DNA of 64,000 nt from Phoronis australis (GCA_002633005.1 NMRA01000359.1:397992-461991), one strand, 5' to 3'; positions 23,742 through 38,560 are shown, counted from the first letter of the stretch. A program made the numbers and translations. Notes: generated by a model not told the origin, from the letters alone.

Positions 23742-25607
23742 TTTTACAGTTAGTACAATACATTGACGCGACTTCAGAAAGAGAAGCCGAATGACGAACG
23801 CAACTGCTTATTTCTATAAGTCCGAAGCCTTTTTTGAATCCCTGATGGTTGGAATGTCCCTTGTTCGAGTAAAGTAAACAGAATCCTAACATGGTGAGGA
23901 ATATTATGAGGCCGTCTTTATGGAAAGAAAGGCCCTAATTTGGCTTTCGTTTTAGTCAGCTAATCAGGGCGTCATTCAAAATGCAATGGCAACCGACCTA
24001 TGTACAGCAGAAAGTCGGGTACGTTTTGGAAAGGAGCCAACCGACATTATTTTGTACATAGGTTACAATTCAGAATAAAATAAAAAACCTTTTTGATCAC
24101 TCTTCAAAAGATTTTTCTGATTGAGCAGGTCTATTGGTATAACGCCACATTTCATGAGCAGTGCTCAGAGCAATACAGAGGAATTGTAAGTATCTCCTTG
24201 TACCGAGGAGTTCTGTAATGAAAACTCCGAAGTGCGCATGTTGCCATGATAGCTGACGATGGTGTGCTTTGTATTTATGTTTGCGATGTCGCTTTTTTGT
24301 CTGCAATGAGATTATTAGGAATTTGATTTGCACCCATTCTACCCCTGGTCCTGGCCTATTATTGGTTGAACTTGGATTCAAAATGGTGGCTCAAGCTTTT
24401 TTGTTATAATAACATTTAACTAACTTTGTTTTAGAAGACTCATACAAATTTGCATAAAGGATAGATCTATCTAGGTACTCACTACACCAATATATCTGTG
24501 TAATAAGAGGTACATAGGTCATCCATCATTACCTAATAGTAACCTCAGTTTGTACGCAAGTTTTTGTTGCTGGTGGTAACAACCGGCCAAATGTATTTGC
24601 ATGTCTGATGCCTGTTTTTTAGGGTTTATTGACTTTCACTGACATTGTTTCTAGAGAAGTGGATGGCGGAATTGAGCAATTGTGAATTCATACATGTTTA
24701 TACAAATTCGTTGAATCAGTCGGTAATTAACCGCTAACGCTGCAGCATATATGCTTCGAGACCCCACTTTCTGCGATTAGTTTTCGCTTCTTAGTTAATC
24801 GAGAAAGTTAACATTCCCCCACCGGTTTACTGTGGGCTATAACTCTACAGGGTCCCACAAGAAAATCCGATTAAACAGTGTTTATCATTTTCTGTGACTT
24901 CTTACTAAGATTTACGCGGCGTTCGCAATTTAGTCAGAGTGAGTGCTACAACCCGGAAATTTATGTCCAACGCAACCATTGAAAGCCTAGTCCCGGTGTC
25001 AACCACTTCGGATTGCAGTTTAGTCACCGAGTGTCGAACATTTTTGGCGCGTTTGGAGTTTGGTGACGCGGGGTCTGGGAAGTTCAGTGTAAGCGGCATC
25101 AGTTGGGTTTGATGTCTATTGTTTAGGACCGGAATTGGGTTTCAGCCTCTTCCAGCCTCGGCCATTGCGCTATCGAATTCGAGCTCACTGTAGGTAATAT
25201 AAAGCGCTTTAAAGTGTGCAATCACCCCTTTTGTGTTTTACCACAAGAATAATACGCATTGCATTCACAAGGGCAATGTAGACGTTTGTTGCGGTGTTCT
25301 TTGCTAGTATGGGACTAACCTGGCGTGCGTTCAGTGAATAACGCAAGGACCTACACTAGGACCTAGATAAAATCACGTGATCTCATTTAAAACACGAGGC
25401 ACTATTCCACGTAATCTCGCTTTTTAGCGAGGTCCTAGCGTTACTGAACTGGAGGTTGGTTCCTGGGCCTTGCACTCTGACGTCACGGATAGTGTGTGTT
25501 AACCTGGTTCCCGGGCCTAGCACTCTGACGTCACGGATATCGTGTGAAGGGGAATACAAGCATTCATGTGTATTTCGCTCTTCAATTCGCTACGTATATG
25601 TCCATTC

Positions 25608-25652
25608 CACTTGCCTGATGATGAGACATGCAGTCTCGAAATATAGCTAGTG
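25608..25652 (+). ncRNA. Minimal type I hammerhead ribozyme motif (Penelope/retrozyme type)
   Basis: CACTTGC-CTGATGA-T-GAGAC(atgca)GTCTC-GAAA-TA-TA-GCTAGTG. Intact core boxes, perfect 5-bp helix II, helix I with 6 of 7 pairs, palindromic minimal helix III. Confidence 0.65.
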
Positions 25653-26258
25653 TTCTAATTTGTTGGTTAGTTATGCCTCTCAGTGTTTTACCACATAGCT
25701 GCACACCTGAAGAGATTGTTCCGACACGACGAGCGAATCATTATCCAGCTTTCAAACAAAAAGTTTAGTCGTGTTTTCAACGAAGTTTGTGTAAACGAAG
25801 GACTGCTACCAAACTATACTGATTCCAGGTTGCCATACAAGATAAAGTAATCATTGTTAAATTGCATTTCACAGGTAAATATTATAGATAACTACTGCCA
25901 AGAAATCGATTCAAGATGATATTTGGGCAACAGGTAAACATTGGGTAAAGGAATTATTAAATTTGTTGAACACGACGTTCCATTTCTTTTTATGGCCTCA
26001 ATAGATAAATGCTCTAATTGGTGGCAGCCTGATCTCGTGTCAGGTGACAGTTGATGTAAAATATGACCTAGGCTCATGGCACAGTTTGTTAAACCAAGCT
26101 TGGCTCAAGGACAATTTCCTGCTGCAGTACTCTAAATGAATTATTGTAGACTCAGTCGACAAAGCAGTGTTAATGTATACATGCATGTATTCACACAAAC
26201 TAACTTAGCCGCAGAAATAAATACACGAGTAGCAATTCGAAAGTTGCATAAACACATC

Positions 26259-26633
26259 AATCTTTTTACTCGAAATGGAACTCGAAATTAGGTTTGGCAT
26301 TTTCTACTCTACTTTTCGGCGAACTCAAGATAAGTGTCTATTATTCTATGCTCGAGTACACAACAACTTACGTAGATAATTTATTGCCCTTAGTTCACAG
26401 TTTGTAAACCCAATATTAAAGCAATAAGTTCGAGTTTGAACTCGAAATTTCGAGTTTTTACTCGAGTTTGTAGCACGAATAAGGGTCTTCAAGGTCAAAC
26501 TTGAACTAGAAACTCCTATGCATAAACTATAATGTATTCGAGCACAGTCTGATAACCAATTATCTTAAGTTCGCACAAAAGGAGCAGAGAAATTGCCAAA
26601 AATAGTTTCGAGTTCGTTTCGAGTACAAAGATT
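26259..26633. mobile_element. Foldback/MITE-like inverted-repeat element rich in ACTCGAA/TTCGAGT
   Basis: 26259-26340 is the approximate reverse complement of 26555-26633. Confidence 0.6.
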
Positions 26634-28037
26634 AGAGACCGGGCCCAGTTAGTAAAACCTTTCACGTAAAATTGCAGAACAAATACCCAGAAACAATTAG
26701 TAGTAAAATATTAAGATATGAAAAATGTTTTTGAAAAACTCCTAACGTGAAGTCTCATGTGTTGTCTAAGGCTGGAGCTGAAAAAAACATCAAAGGCTAG
26801 ACTATTCCCGGTATTCCGCCAGAGGGCGACGGATCGGTGTGTGAAAAGAAGGGCCAGTGTTGTAAGCTGACTAATTTTACCGAGAGATTACTGGTTGTCT
26901 GTAAACGCAGTTCAAGAGTCTCGCTTGGTGATCCCGTTACGAACAAGAATGACAAAATAAAAACAAAGCACCAGGTGACGAGACCGCATCCTCTAATAAT
27001 CGGCTCACCTACAAGAACTGCCAAATGACACGCCGTGGAAATCGACGGCTGAAAAACAGTTTGGCAAAGAGACAATGTATGAGAAACGTAAGCAGAAGCA
27101 ATAAAATGGCCGCTTGGCATTGCTTTTGATGCCCAATATTACAAAATGATGCTTCTTCGTCTAAAAATGCCACTTATGGTTGCATATGGGGATAATCTGA
27201 CCAGGTCTCAGTTGCTCAGTCAGATAACACACGGCAATGTTGGCTCACGGAGTAAATAACATCTGAATGGCATATGACTTGACTGTTGAGAGTTGCGCTA
27301 CTTATGTAACCATGCTGGAGTGATGAGCTGCAATTTGTGTAATTTTTCTGGAATTATGGTGCGAGAAATGAAATTGTTCACACGCAAAATCTTCAACCGT
27401 TTTTGTGTTGATGTTAACTGTAACCAATGCATAAAGAATATTAAAAATACAAGTAAATGTAGTTGCATTATTGCACACGCGTCTTTTTACTCGCTGATGA
27501 TTTCTCACTTGTGTTTTATAGGCCAGGGAACAAACATTATGGTCTTTTGTTAATCGATTTTCAAGCTAAACGCACCAAACGATTTGTTTGTTTTGAGTAT
27601 TTCTAAAATGAACAAGTTTTGTCATTGAAACATCTGAATTTCTTATTTTGATTGAGACAAGAATGCATCCAAGGTCGATACGGAACTCAAAATGTACTAA
27701 AGAAACGATGATACTTCTGATGATTAAGTTTGTTCTCAGTATACACACTGAATACGAAAACAACCGAATGCTTCGCTTTGTACATTTGCTCGTCAATCAG
27801 TGTGAACGCGGTCGAAAAACAGCTCGTGCAGACAACCAAAATAACGTGGTTACACTCGTACACAGTCATAGGCGTGTCCTTGTACCGTTCCATAAACATG
27901 TTGTTTGGTTATGTTTACGCACTGATGATCGTTACAGCGAAACCGGTGACTATGTATGAAGTGTATATCCTATCATTAAAAAAATACTGCAGTTTCTTTC
28001 AAGCTACCTTTTGTTGTTCCCGCCATGTAGCACCACC

Positions 28038-28329
28038 ATGAATGACGAAGCCAAATGGAAACTACAGCATAACCACAGAGTTCTCATTTCCGATATTCCT
28101 GACGAAGTTATGCAAGAGCTGTTCACCAAAGGAATCATTAATTGGGGAGACAAGGAAAAAATATCAGATAAAAGCGTTACTGGAGAAAAAAACGACTTGT
28201 TGTTGCGTATATTACGCACTAAAGGTCCTGGTGTGTATACGGAGTTCCGGGAAATTCTGAGCAGATGTGGATGCAAGCACCTGGTCGACAAGCTTGATCA
28301 AACACCCCCCAATGTTTACACGGATTCAG
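28038..28329 (+). CDS. NLR-like paralog 2, coding exon 1: CARD domain
   Basis: Acceptor gtAG 28029-28030, ACCACCATG (ATG 28038), donor G|GTAAAG 28330. Same 292-nt length as the paralog 1 exon and a closely similar translation. Confidence 0.88.
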
Positions 28330-28554
28330 GTAAAGTGAACTAATTAGCCCCCAATTAGTCTTCATCTTCTACGTTTAGACAAATAGGTGAGCATTATTTA
28401 TTCATTTGGGGTTTCTACTTAAAACTGCGTTTCTATAGTATTTAATAGACAAAAGACGAGTGCATTAGTGTACTAATTATTTATATTTTTATTGGTATAA
28501 AGAACATAAATACGAAAACATGTAAGACAAAAAATGCAAACCATTCTCACTATT

Positions 28555-28557
<3 letters not shown>

Positions 28558-28602
<45 letters not shown>
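28558..28602. repeat. (CA)n microsatellite
   Basis: Seen directly. Confidence 0.95.
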
Positions 28603-28607
<5 letters not shown>

Positions 28608-30335
28608 CCGCCCCCCATCAACATACCCACCCACTTTTGGTAGGATGTTGTCAGGAACAAGTTATGGTTATCTAGTTTCTCCAGGTTGCCTGGTATTCAT
28701 CTAAATTACCATTATTTAATAAAATTCTTCTCAGAATAAAAATTTAGCTTTTTAATATGTTAAGAAAATGACAGAAACCGGGGATTATTTTTTCATACTT
28801 AGGTACGTACATAAGACTTTTTAATTGCAAAAGTATCCAATTTAAAAACATTATTTTCGCTACTTATGGGCATGTCAAAATCGTTGTTTGTTGTCAATAA
28901 CCATATTCATACATTTTCTTTTTTTTAATTAAAATTGAACGAACTAGACACTTTTCAGTGTGATAATAATTCTTGTTCATTTATGAATTTTAACTCCGTC
29001 AAATCGTTAAAGGTAAACATGGCGTTAATCCCAAACTAAAATAAACTTTATTCATTTGACGGACACTTTTTGAAGGTTAAACAGGTTTGCCATAGTAGCA
29101 TAACTCCAACCTATTATAATAAAACAGTTTGGTCTTTCAAACTGCTATTTTGTACCTCGAAAACAAACAACAAAACTAATGCATAAAATACTGTAAGTAT
29201 AGAAACGCCGTTTTTATATTTAAAGATGTGGGGCACGTAGTTAATTGGGTTCGACAAGGTTTGCTAAAAGCCGACACTGACTAATTTTTTAAACTTTTAA
29301 AACATTGAAATATGACTTTCTGTTTCAAATGCCAGATTATTTAATTCAAGAATGTTGATTTTAGGTTGGGTTTTTGTTATTTTGGCATTCAATAATATAG
29401 AGTTTCGGCTACAGGTTACCATTTTTCTAATTTGCTTTCATAAAATATTACCGAAATTGAGGAGGTTGTTTCCGTCAGTGTGACAAGACTGAACGCGAAA
29501 ACGTAGGTCAGAATTATGACGTAGTAAGCAAAGAATGCCGGTATCACACGTTCGCATTCGCTGTTAACGTATTGTTGAAACACTAATATCTCGCGACATC
29601 ATAGTTTACAGTCGATGACGTCACACTGGACAAAACACACAGTAGACATAAGATATGCCTTATATCAAACGGCAATTTTGAAATTTTTTAATTGAGAAGA
29701 AACTTCTTGTCTTAGATTGTTCACATCATTTAAACTGGAATACAGTAAGGTTCTCGTGATCTTGAAATTGGCGCGTTTTTAAGAAGGGAAATATTCGAAG
29801 CTGTTTGAGCTAAAATAGTTCAAAAACGAAGTCGGCAACGCCCTATTTTTGTTATTTCACTGAAAACACCATAGACAACACAATGATACATAAAAGAAAA
29901 ACGTAGCAGACGTAAGTTTTTGCATAGAATCGGAAACGTTAAAATTTGAGATACTCACAATCCACAAACGTTCACTTACGCCGACATAAAAAAGTAAATC
30001 CGGAAATATAGTCAAAGCCATCAAAACACAAAACTGACAACGTACAACAAACTGACCAGGCTTGAAATAGGATTTCAATCATTAATTTAATTTGAACTGG
30101 GTTTCAGTAACACATGAAAATTTCACATTTTTGCGAGACGTGTCTTTGTCAATGAAATATGTATACGAGAAAGAAATTATAGTGATATATCTATACACAC
30201 ACACACAAACACACACACACACACACACATATATATATCGTAACGCATATAGAGATTCATTGAAGTGTTGAATTTATGTATTCGTACCGAAACATGGTGT
30301 CTGAACTTTCAAAAACATCTCTGTCTCTCATTCAG

Positions 30336-30519
30336 GTATCGGCAATTCCACGATTGCTTCCCAAGAGGATGTCTTGGTTGCTATACAGAAGGAGTTGACG
30401 CAACGATACTTGGAACGATTTCGCAGAATTAATCCTCTGCCATGGTCGGGAGAACAATTGAGAAGTCTACCCGATGTTTACACAGACTTATTGCTCAATG
30501 AAAGAGACACGTACAAACG
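30336..30519 (+). CDS. NLR-like paralog 2, coding exon 2: pre-NACHT linker
   Basis: Acceptor ttcAG 30334-30335, donor CG|GTAAAT 30520. 184 nt, near-identical to 15569-15752. Confidence 0.88.
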
Positions 30520-31459
30520 GTAAATTTAGACACAAAAATCAAATTGTAGAACTAAGGTCCCATAATCTTCCTTATCGTGAATGAGTTTACTTCATTTACA
30601 AACAAAAACACTGAAACCATCAGCGCTTCAAAGTTTACAGGTGTATCCACATGTACACATAGACTCGAGTTGGCAATAGAAATCGAATTGAAAAATATAT
30701 ATCATGCGACCGATTTTATGAAAGTGAAATGTCTACTTAATTTGGTTGTGTTTTTAGCCAACTAAACGTGGCAGCAGACTTAAACTGATACTTTTGATAA
30801 TCAGACGAGGCTACGCTTATGCGGCAGTCTCAGAGATGCCTTCTAGTATTCACATTGTCCATATTCATTACATATTATCATACCGAATGCTCCGTATGTT
30901 GTGCAAAAACACAAATTACTCAGCTTAAGTTGAATCTCGAAATTTGTTTTCACTCTCCAAAATTCTCTTTTGCATCGTTCTTGTGCTCCAACTTCGTAAA
31001 CAGAGGCCTGGTCGTCTGTTATTTAAGTTTCTCGGTTATTTAGCCATAGCTCTGTTTGCCAACCATGACTTAGATTCTGATCTTTGACGTAGCAAGTCAT
31101 CCAAACAATGCTATATACGGACAAAATAAGTTTCACGTGATCCAAACATACCTTTCTGCAGGAAGAGATCCCCTCCTGCTTTCTGTAACTTTGGGCCGGA
31201 GCAAACAAGGTCGTGCATAGGTTCTCAAAATTTGCGACGAAAGAGGCATTGTTTCTATAAACAAGTTGTGGCAAAGAATGAAAGTCCGTGACTGAACAAA
31301 GCCTTGCACAAATCATTTCGTATCTTTATGTGGTTTGTCAAAAAAGTAAATGAGACATTGGTTGAAATCGATAAGTTCAGTGAGCGCAGGCCTCAAAATG
31401 AGTCGGGGTACAGACCAGAACCAACAATGCTTTCTTGACTTTATTCTTGTATTTTGCAG

Positions 31460-33428
31460 GGCACAAAGCAGCCATTCTATATACTTAGATGACATATTTG
31501 CCCCTCAGAAGGACTGTCCGTGCGTCAAGCGTGTTTACATACAGGGAAACTCAGGTTCGGGTAAAACTGTGCTCTGTAACAAACTGGCGTACGATTGGGC
31601 AACGCGCAAACCTGGTTCTATGAGTAAATTTTCAGCTGTGTTATTCTTGGAAATGATGGAAGGTATTGTCAAGAGCAATTTGATGGACACTATAATTGAG
31701 CACCTGTTGCCCTTTGATGTTAAGTACAAGCCGTTGGTGCCTAACTGTTTGAACGAGTACCAATCAAACATCTTACTGATCATTGATGGTTATGACGAAT
31801 TGTCTGCCTTGGACAAGCAGAACTTTGAATCATTTCTGGAAGGGAGGTATCTTCATCAAGTAAGTTGCTTGGTGACGTCAAGACCGACGAACTTGGAGGC
31901 TAGACACTTCGACCGCCGACTGACATGCAATGGATTCTCTTTAGAAAATGCCAGACTGTTTGTTGACAAGTACTTTGACGGAAAACCGAAGACGTATTTC
32001 AAGGATTTAATGGACCGTGTGGAGAATAGTTGCTACATGCGTCAGCTGGTAAGGAACCCTCTTAACTGTTTGTTGTTGTGCGTCCATTGGGAGGAGAATG
32101 AGCAGAATAACAGGGGAAATCTTCCACGATCGCTTTCACAGTTATTTTTCAGTATTATACACATCATGAAATTGCGTCACCAACACAAAACAGATCGAGG
32201 CAAACGGTATGCAACTGAATACGAAACCTTTGAGGACGACTATTTCTTGAAAGGAATTAAAAAGCTGGCTTTTAAAGGTGTCATAGAAGGTTGCAGGGAG
32301 GTCTTTGCCTCTACGACCCTTAAAGGAATACCGGAAGGTTGCACGAGGGTCTCCCTTTCCGAAGACGAGGCAACTGATATCAACTGTGAAGACGTGGTCA
32401 AGATGGGCATTCTTACCAGAGTCCAGTTAAAATTTAGCATGGAAGAAAGGTTTTGTTTCACTCAAAGACATATACAGGAAGTGTTAGCGGCGATGCACTT
32501 CCCACAGCTGTCAGGTGCCGACAGGCGGAAATACTTCCGGCAGTTTCTCGCAAAACCAGAGACCACAATTCTTATTATATTTATCATGGGTGTCTTCAAA
32601 ACAAACGATGTAGTCTTGAAAGAACTTTTTGATATTCTGGCTGAGAATAATCGCCACAACTACGACATTGTTAAGTTTGGATTGTCTGATTGTGCAAATG
32701 CAATCAATGTTAGTTTCAATAAAGTCACGAAACCCTTCACCGTGAGCTTTCATGCTCTCAACGAAGCCGAGAGCAAGGACAACGATCAGTTTGTCTCGCT
32801 CATTGCTACTTCGATGCCTCGAAACCTGTTTCTTGACCAGACATGTCTACGCAACCATTTCCTGTGTCATGACATATCGTATAGCTGCTTTATGATTCTG
32901 GAGTCGATGCCGTGTCCTGAACGTGTCATGATTATGGAAGTGCCTTTCTTCAAGGAAGAAAGTCTGAAGCTCGTGAGCAACATACTCGAAATTTTTCGGC
33001 GTATATCGGTCCATGATTCAAAGCCGCTTGAGCTCTTTATTTACTGCGACGGAAGAAATATTTGCGGGTATGTTTCGATTCCGCTTTTTATGTTCCGGCT
33101 CATGGAATGCATGGAGAACCAAACACACATCAAAGACTTTTTCGAACACCGCGTTAGGAGTTTGAATTTCCTCATGCCGGAATGCCATCGCCTACGTGAG
33201 ATGACATCTTTCGAGTTGGAGGAAGAAATGCAGTTGCCTCGTAAACCACCAGTCAAACTTCCTCCATTGGTGGTTTACACAGAGAGGAAGTTCGATAATC
33301 TTGACGACTATATGAAACTGAACATTGACCGAATGGGTTCCCCTGAGGTAGCTGCATTTTTCTTTCAGAAGATGAATGGCAACTATAACATTGCTTGGAG
33401 AATAGCATCCTTGGCCAACAATTTATAA
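31460..33428 (+). CDS. NLR-like paralog 2, coding exon 3: NACHT + HD1/WHD/HD2 + C-terminal region (spliced protein 814 aa)
   Basis: Acceptor ttgcAG 31458-31459. GNSGSGKT, LLIIDGYDEL, LVTSRP, FCFTQRHIQEVLAA. Exon sum 292+184+1969=2445 nt, in frame. Confidence 0.92.
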
Positions 33429-34390
33429 ATGAGCTCAGGTTGCGATTGTTATACTTAGGTTACATTCTTGATGAAGGAACGTTACCTTATTTTTCTAAAT
33501 AGCTATTATTGTATTTTATTGTACATAATACAATAATGTCGGGTATCATTTTATGAACGAGTCATCAAACTTTGATGAGCACACGTACCCAATATCAGAT
33601 ATACAGTGTTCAAATTTGACAACTGCTTCAGACATTTCGACACGAATGATATAAATTCTTCTTGAGGATTCATATATCGTCACAGCCAGGCCACAAGGCC
33701 TCGCCTGATCAAGACACGATTTCAAATAAATATGGACCGATGCCAAGGACAGTGTCACTTTACATAGACCAAGGGAGTACGTTGTACGTGATCGAAGGCC
33801 TGTGATTACATTGCTTTATACAATCCCTAAAATAAGACGTGCCTCAGGGATCGATCTATTTTCGTGTAATTACACAACTGGTGGTGTTTCTCTCCTCTGC
33901 TATCTTTATCAGTCACATTGTTTATTATCCTGCTTTGATGAAATGTCATCGTCTGCTCGCGAATTTTGTTTACGCGGTCAGGGTTTCACTCTTCAGTTCG
34001 TTCACGAATAGTGACATATCTTTCGTCCGAGCGACATGATAACTGAATTCACCATACTTCATGTTTGTCTGAGGGCAAAGGTATGAGCAGTTGTATTATA
34101 ATGATAAACATCGATACACTGTGCCTCTGAACGATAAATGCGATTTTTGGAGTTACACACCTGCGAGTATTACCTCGTTCAAATTTAAGCAGGGTGTACA
34201 GTTGCTTTTTAACTAGTATGAAAACGTGGACTGGCATTTATAAGGACTAGTTTTTTGAGTTTAACGTGACAGTGCAAATCTTCGAGATACATTGCCCCGT
34301 TACGGCATGCCTCCTTGGTATTCCCTTAAAACTGTGAGAAACGCTAGGCGTTGGTTGATGCTAACAGTTGAGATACACTTAAACTTAAAG

Positions 34391-34393
<3 letters not shown>

Positions 34394-34457
<64 letters not shown>

Positions 34458-34468
34458 AAACACACACA
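34394..34468. repeat. (CA)n microsatellite
   Basis: Seen directly. Confidence 0.95.
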
Positions 34469-37400
34469 TATATACTTAAAGTATTACGTGTTTAAAGGTG
34501 AGATTTCGTACTGTTGTGGAATTGATTTAAGCAGTGTTCTGCATAATTTGATCTGTAGTCAGGTCTTAATATTACATTCAATCAAGCCTTTTTGTGCATA
34601 CCATAGCCACTCGCTTGTATTTTGGTTTGTAACAATAAATTGTGTCTCATAATATTTAAGACTGTGTACTTTACAATCCCTGCTCTGGCAAACACAATGC
34701 AAGACTTAGGCTGTGTTTATGGTAGCAAGTTGGTTTCCTGTCTTGCTCAATGTTCGTGAATACACTACAATAGACCGTGAGTCTTCTTCGTTGGCTATTT
34801 TTGTTAGTAGACCATTGTTGCATACATATAGATGCTAAGAGCAAGGACAAAAATCGGGAAATGTTTCTTAGATAACCGGTAATTTGTTCCTTGTAAATTT
34901 AATGCAAGGAACGTCGACGTTCTCTTTTTATGGATCTAAAATGTTATATAGTCACTTGTGGCATGTCAACGGCGTCTTTTCTTATCGTGACCGGAGGAAC
35001 TCCTGCACCGCTGAATTGTCCTTTGAAAACCGACAAGACCTTGCACGTAATACCACAGAGCCTGTTCAAATTTGGTATACATAGGCAACGTTGGTTAAAC
35101 GGGATTACAAATCCGTTGGCCTCAAAAAGGTAGTAATCTATGATTGAGCTTTTATACAATATGTGCCACGACTGTGACTGTGCCTGGCGTCAAGCTCATG
35201 TTGGGCTTTAAACTTTGATACTTGTAAATCGAGATCTGAGACTGGTAGAAAATTGTGTTGCCGAACTTCATAGAATTTCATCTACTTCCGAGTAGCTGTG
35301 ACAAAACCAGTGAAGCCCGGACTAATACATATATCAAATGTATCTTTGTAAGTAAGAAAAAAAATCAAGGTCATTAAACGTTTGTAAAATGAGTCTTATT
35401 TTTATGAGAATTTTGTGCGATTATTTGAGAGCTAAAAGAGTGTTAATTTGCGTTTCTTTTGAAAACTTTCTGATCAAATTACATTGTTTTCTTTTAGTTC
35501 ATCGTAAAGTTATAGCTTTGACAAAGAATGCTTCACCAATAACATTTCAAAGTTCTTTGCACGTCCATAAGCACTTTTGAGGGCTCTCTTGGAAAGCAGT
35601 GCTATCACTGAAGAGGCCACCCTCGTTTTAAATATCACAATAATAAATAAATAAATAAGTAAAATTTAATTAGTTTTTACAAATTTTCAAAAATTTCTTA
35701 AAAGAAATTAAAATTAATTTTCTGATGCTGTTGGGAGACACATATTATTATACCATGCGTTTCTATTTAATTTATTTATTTGATAAACATACAATGCAAA
35801 TAATAACATATAGTATAAATACACATAAATAAAACAAATCAAAATTACTGGTCAAGTCACAATCACATCAGTTTATGCAGCACCAACTGAAAGGTTCGTG
35901 TAATTTCATTTTTGAAGTTTTCCCTGAATCTACAAGATAACACCCTACACTAAATTACAATTAATTCCGTGTCTAGTTTCTGCAACACAAACTTCATCTA
36001 TTCCAGTACTGATGAAGGCTGAAGCTCAAAATGTCGACTTGATCTCATTATCTTTGACTGTGTATTGGAATTGTGTATCTGGCGGGCATTCAAAATCTTT
36101 GGATTTCATAAAAAAATTTGCCTGTTCTATTTTCCTGTTCTGATTTCCCCAGTAGCGATCGCCTTCAGCTTCTACCACGGCTCGTGTCTTGGAAGTTTCG
36201 TCACATTCGATCGGCTTTGGGGACTTAAAAAATAAACGTTGGACTTCCCTGTTCAATAAGCCCACGATCGGGACTCAAACACATCCCTATGAAACACAAC
36301 TTTGACACTTTCATGAAAGATACAGGTGTTAATATCATAAAGTAAAAGTAAAACGTCGATATCACTCGCCGCCATTACTTGTTTATTATTGTTGCTACGG
36401 CTTTGTTTTGACCTCGATTTCCGTACGTTCCTACAGGCAAAAGTCTCCGCATAGTCCCATCAACATATACCCCATAACAGCTTGCAAATATTTGAAGAAG
36501 GGTTGGCATTTGTTATTGCACGGGTAAATCCAAGGACAAAATAAGATCTAGGTCACTTGTCAAAACACTCGACGCTTATTATCACGTAACTCGTAAGTAT
36601 GTCTACTGTTTCGCGATCAGGGTCAATCTTGGAGTATTATCTGTGAAAATAGGTACACGTAACATGAACTGTTTCTGAAATTTGTATAGATGCTTCGTAT
36701 GGTGAGTATTTACAAACTCTTCTTGACTATTGACAGTGGCGGCACAACATTAGTACTGAGCTTGATGTTTCCTCAAAAGTCAATAATTCAATTGAACCCA
36801 TTGTTATCATGAGTCTTCTCCGCGCAAAACGTTCGACCTGGGAGTGAGTCGACGAATGCAAATGAAGTTTTGGTTTCGGTTGCTATCACTTCGCAGTGAG
36901 AAAGTTTTCGAAAGTTGTGTGGAATATCGTGCGGAAGGTAAGCGAACGGCTAAAGAGCTGTAATGGTATCACCTGTTTAACTCAATGACGAGTGTCGAAT
37001 ACTTTGATGTAACCAAAGACGTTCTCTTATGAAACTTTGTCACGGCCACGACCACAAACGGTTGTGAGAAGTTAGATTCTTAGCAAATTAGTTGTTTTCT
37101 ATGAACATGGTTTACAGTGATCGAAATCGGGAGCTCATACAGTATGTTTTTTTGGTTGAATGAACCGTTTCTTTTTTATTTGATTTGGCCAGTTTGATCG
37201 CCCTGCACCGTTCAGTACACGAATTCTCATTTCGTCCACCATATTGAATATCTAATTCGGTATAGTAAACAAACCAATTTACTCGAGTTTCCCAAGTAAC
37301 TGAACGATTTCTGGACAGCAACGTTATCCATTGTATTTACCTACAGTTTATACTCATGAAATAAAAGTTAAAAAGTGGACGGGAGAGTAAGGTCTATTAA

Positions 37401-38295
37401 AACCACCATTTTCAAAAGATGTCGTTTTGGACTCAGTGTCAAAAGGCTGCCGGTGCCATTTCCAACATATAGATAAGATTATCACAATCTCATTTGTCAT
37501 CCTGAGAACCACCTATGCTCAATTTTGGAGCGCATTGAATGAATGTCTGTAAAAAGGTGCACACCCGTTCCAAACGCCGTAACACCACTCAAGACTCGAT
37601 TAAATATAAGCCGTTACATGCTTGCAGCTCACTGTAAGGTATACTGACTACAATACATTATAAACCGTAATACTCTTCAACAAGTAGTAAATGCTTGCTA
37701 AAGTGCGCTCCAGGATCAAGTCGAGGTTTAGTCTTGTTGCCAAGATTTTGGGTTACATTCATCTTCGAGACTAGCAGCAATCTGTACTTTGCGCCGAATT
37801 TACAAAGTGACAGCCTCAGAAGAAAGTACCACTATCCCAGAACTCTTAGGTCTCGCGACTTCACCCTTGTTCTCGTTGCTCAAAGAAAAGGCCGTCTAAT
37901 TTTGGCTTGTTGAAGAGTGTTACTAGGCCACAGTCCATTCGACTCTAAGAAGCCTAGAAAATCACTTCCGTGGCCACTTTTTGGGGGCAATATAATTTTG
38001 GTGTTTTTAAGGTCATCAAGTAGTGTACTATAAGAATCTAAAAAGTTCCCAAGGTTTGACTTGCACGTTTTAGAGATATTTGACCTAAAAATCTAACGTT
38101 TTGCAAAATTTGACACAGAAAACCAATCTTCAAAAATTAAAGAAAACAAGAATGGTTTTAAGTCGACTTGACATGTTTTGGTGTCATTTATTAAAACACC
38201 ATCATCAGAAGAGAGAATGCAGTGGCTACCTTAAGCTGGGCCCAGCAACAAGTAATGAAGCACAGATACAGTCAGTTACAGGGAGTGACAATGAA

Positions 38296-38560
38296 CTAGA
38301 CCAACAATGACAACCTGTGATGTGCCAGTTGCCTATTGAGATTGGGCTTGCACCAACTGATGTGTACAGCCTCACGAATTTTAAGCTCCTTTGTTGTTAC
38401 TGCCTGGTCTATTGTTGCAAAGTCATTGAAAGAGCACTGCTGATAGTGTACAAATTTATCTGTGCTGGATGTGGCTCCAGTTATATAGGCGAAACTGTTC
38501 GCCATTTGAAAACCAGGACCAAGGAACATCTAAATTCTGACAGAGGTTCACATGTAAATA
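38296..38560. mobile_element. Penelope-like GIY-YIG endonuclease remnant with an internal inversion
   Basis: The + strand gives IVYKFICAGCGSSYIGETVRHLKTRTKEH. The adjacent - strand gives the downstream part ELKIREAVHISWCKPNLNRQ. Confidence 0.7.

Larger units (their letters stand above)
21975..34710 (+). repeat. Tandem segmental duplication unit 2 (carries NLR paralog 2)
   Basis: Starts aaccataagaaagaaa (cf. aaccgtaagaaagaaa at 5543) and ends aagacttaggc at ~34710 (cf. ~21969). Confidence 0.8.

Noticed and set aside
36004-36040. Second hammerhead-like motif (CTGATGA...)
   Set aside because: The GAAA box reads AAAA and the helices are weak. Similarly degenerate motifs near 7630-7695 and 59259-59285 were also rejected.
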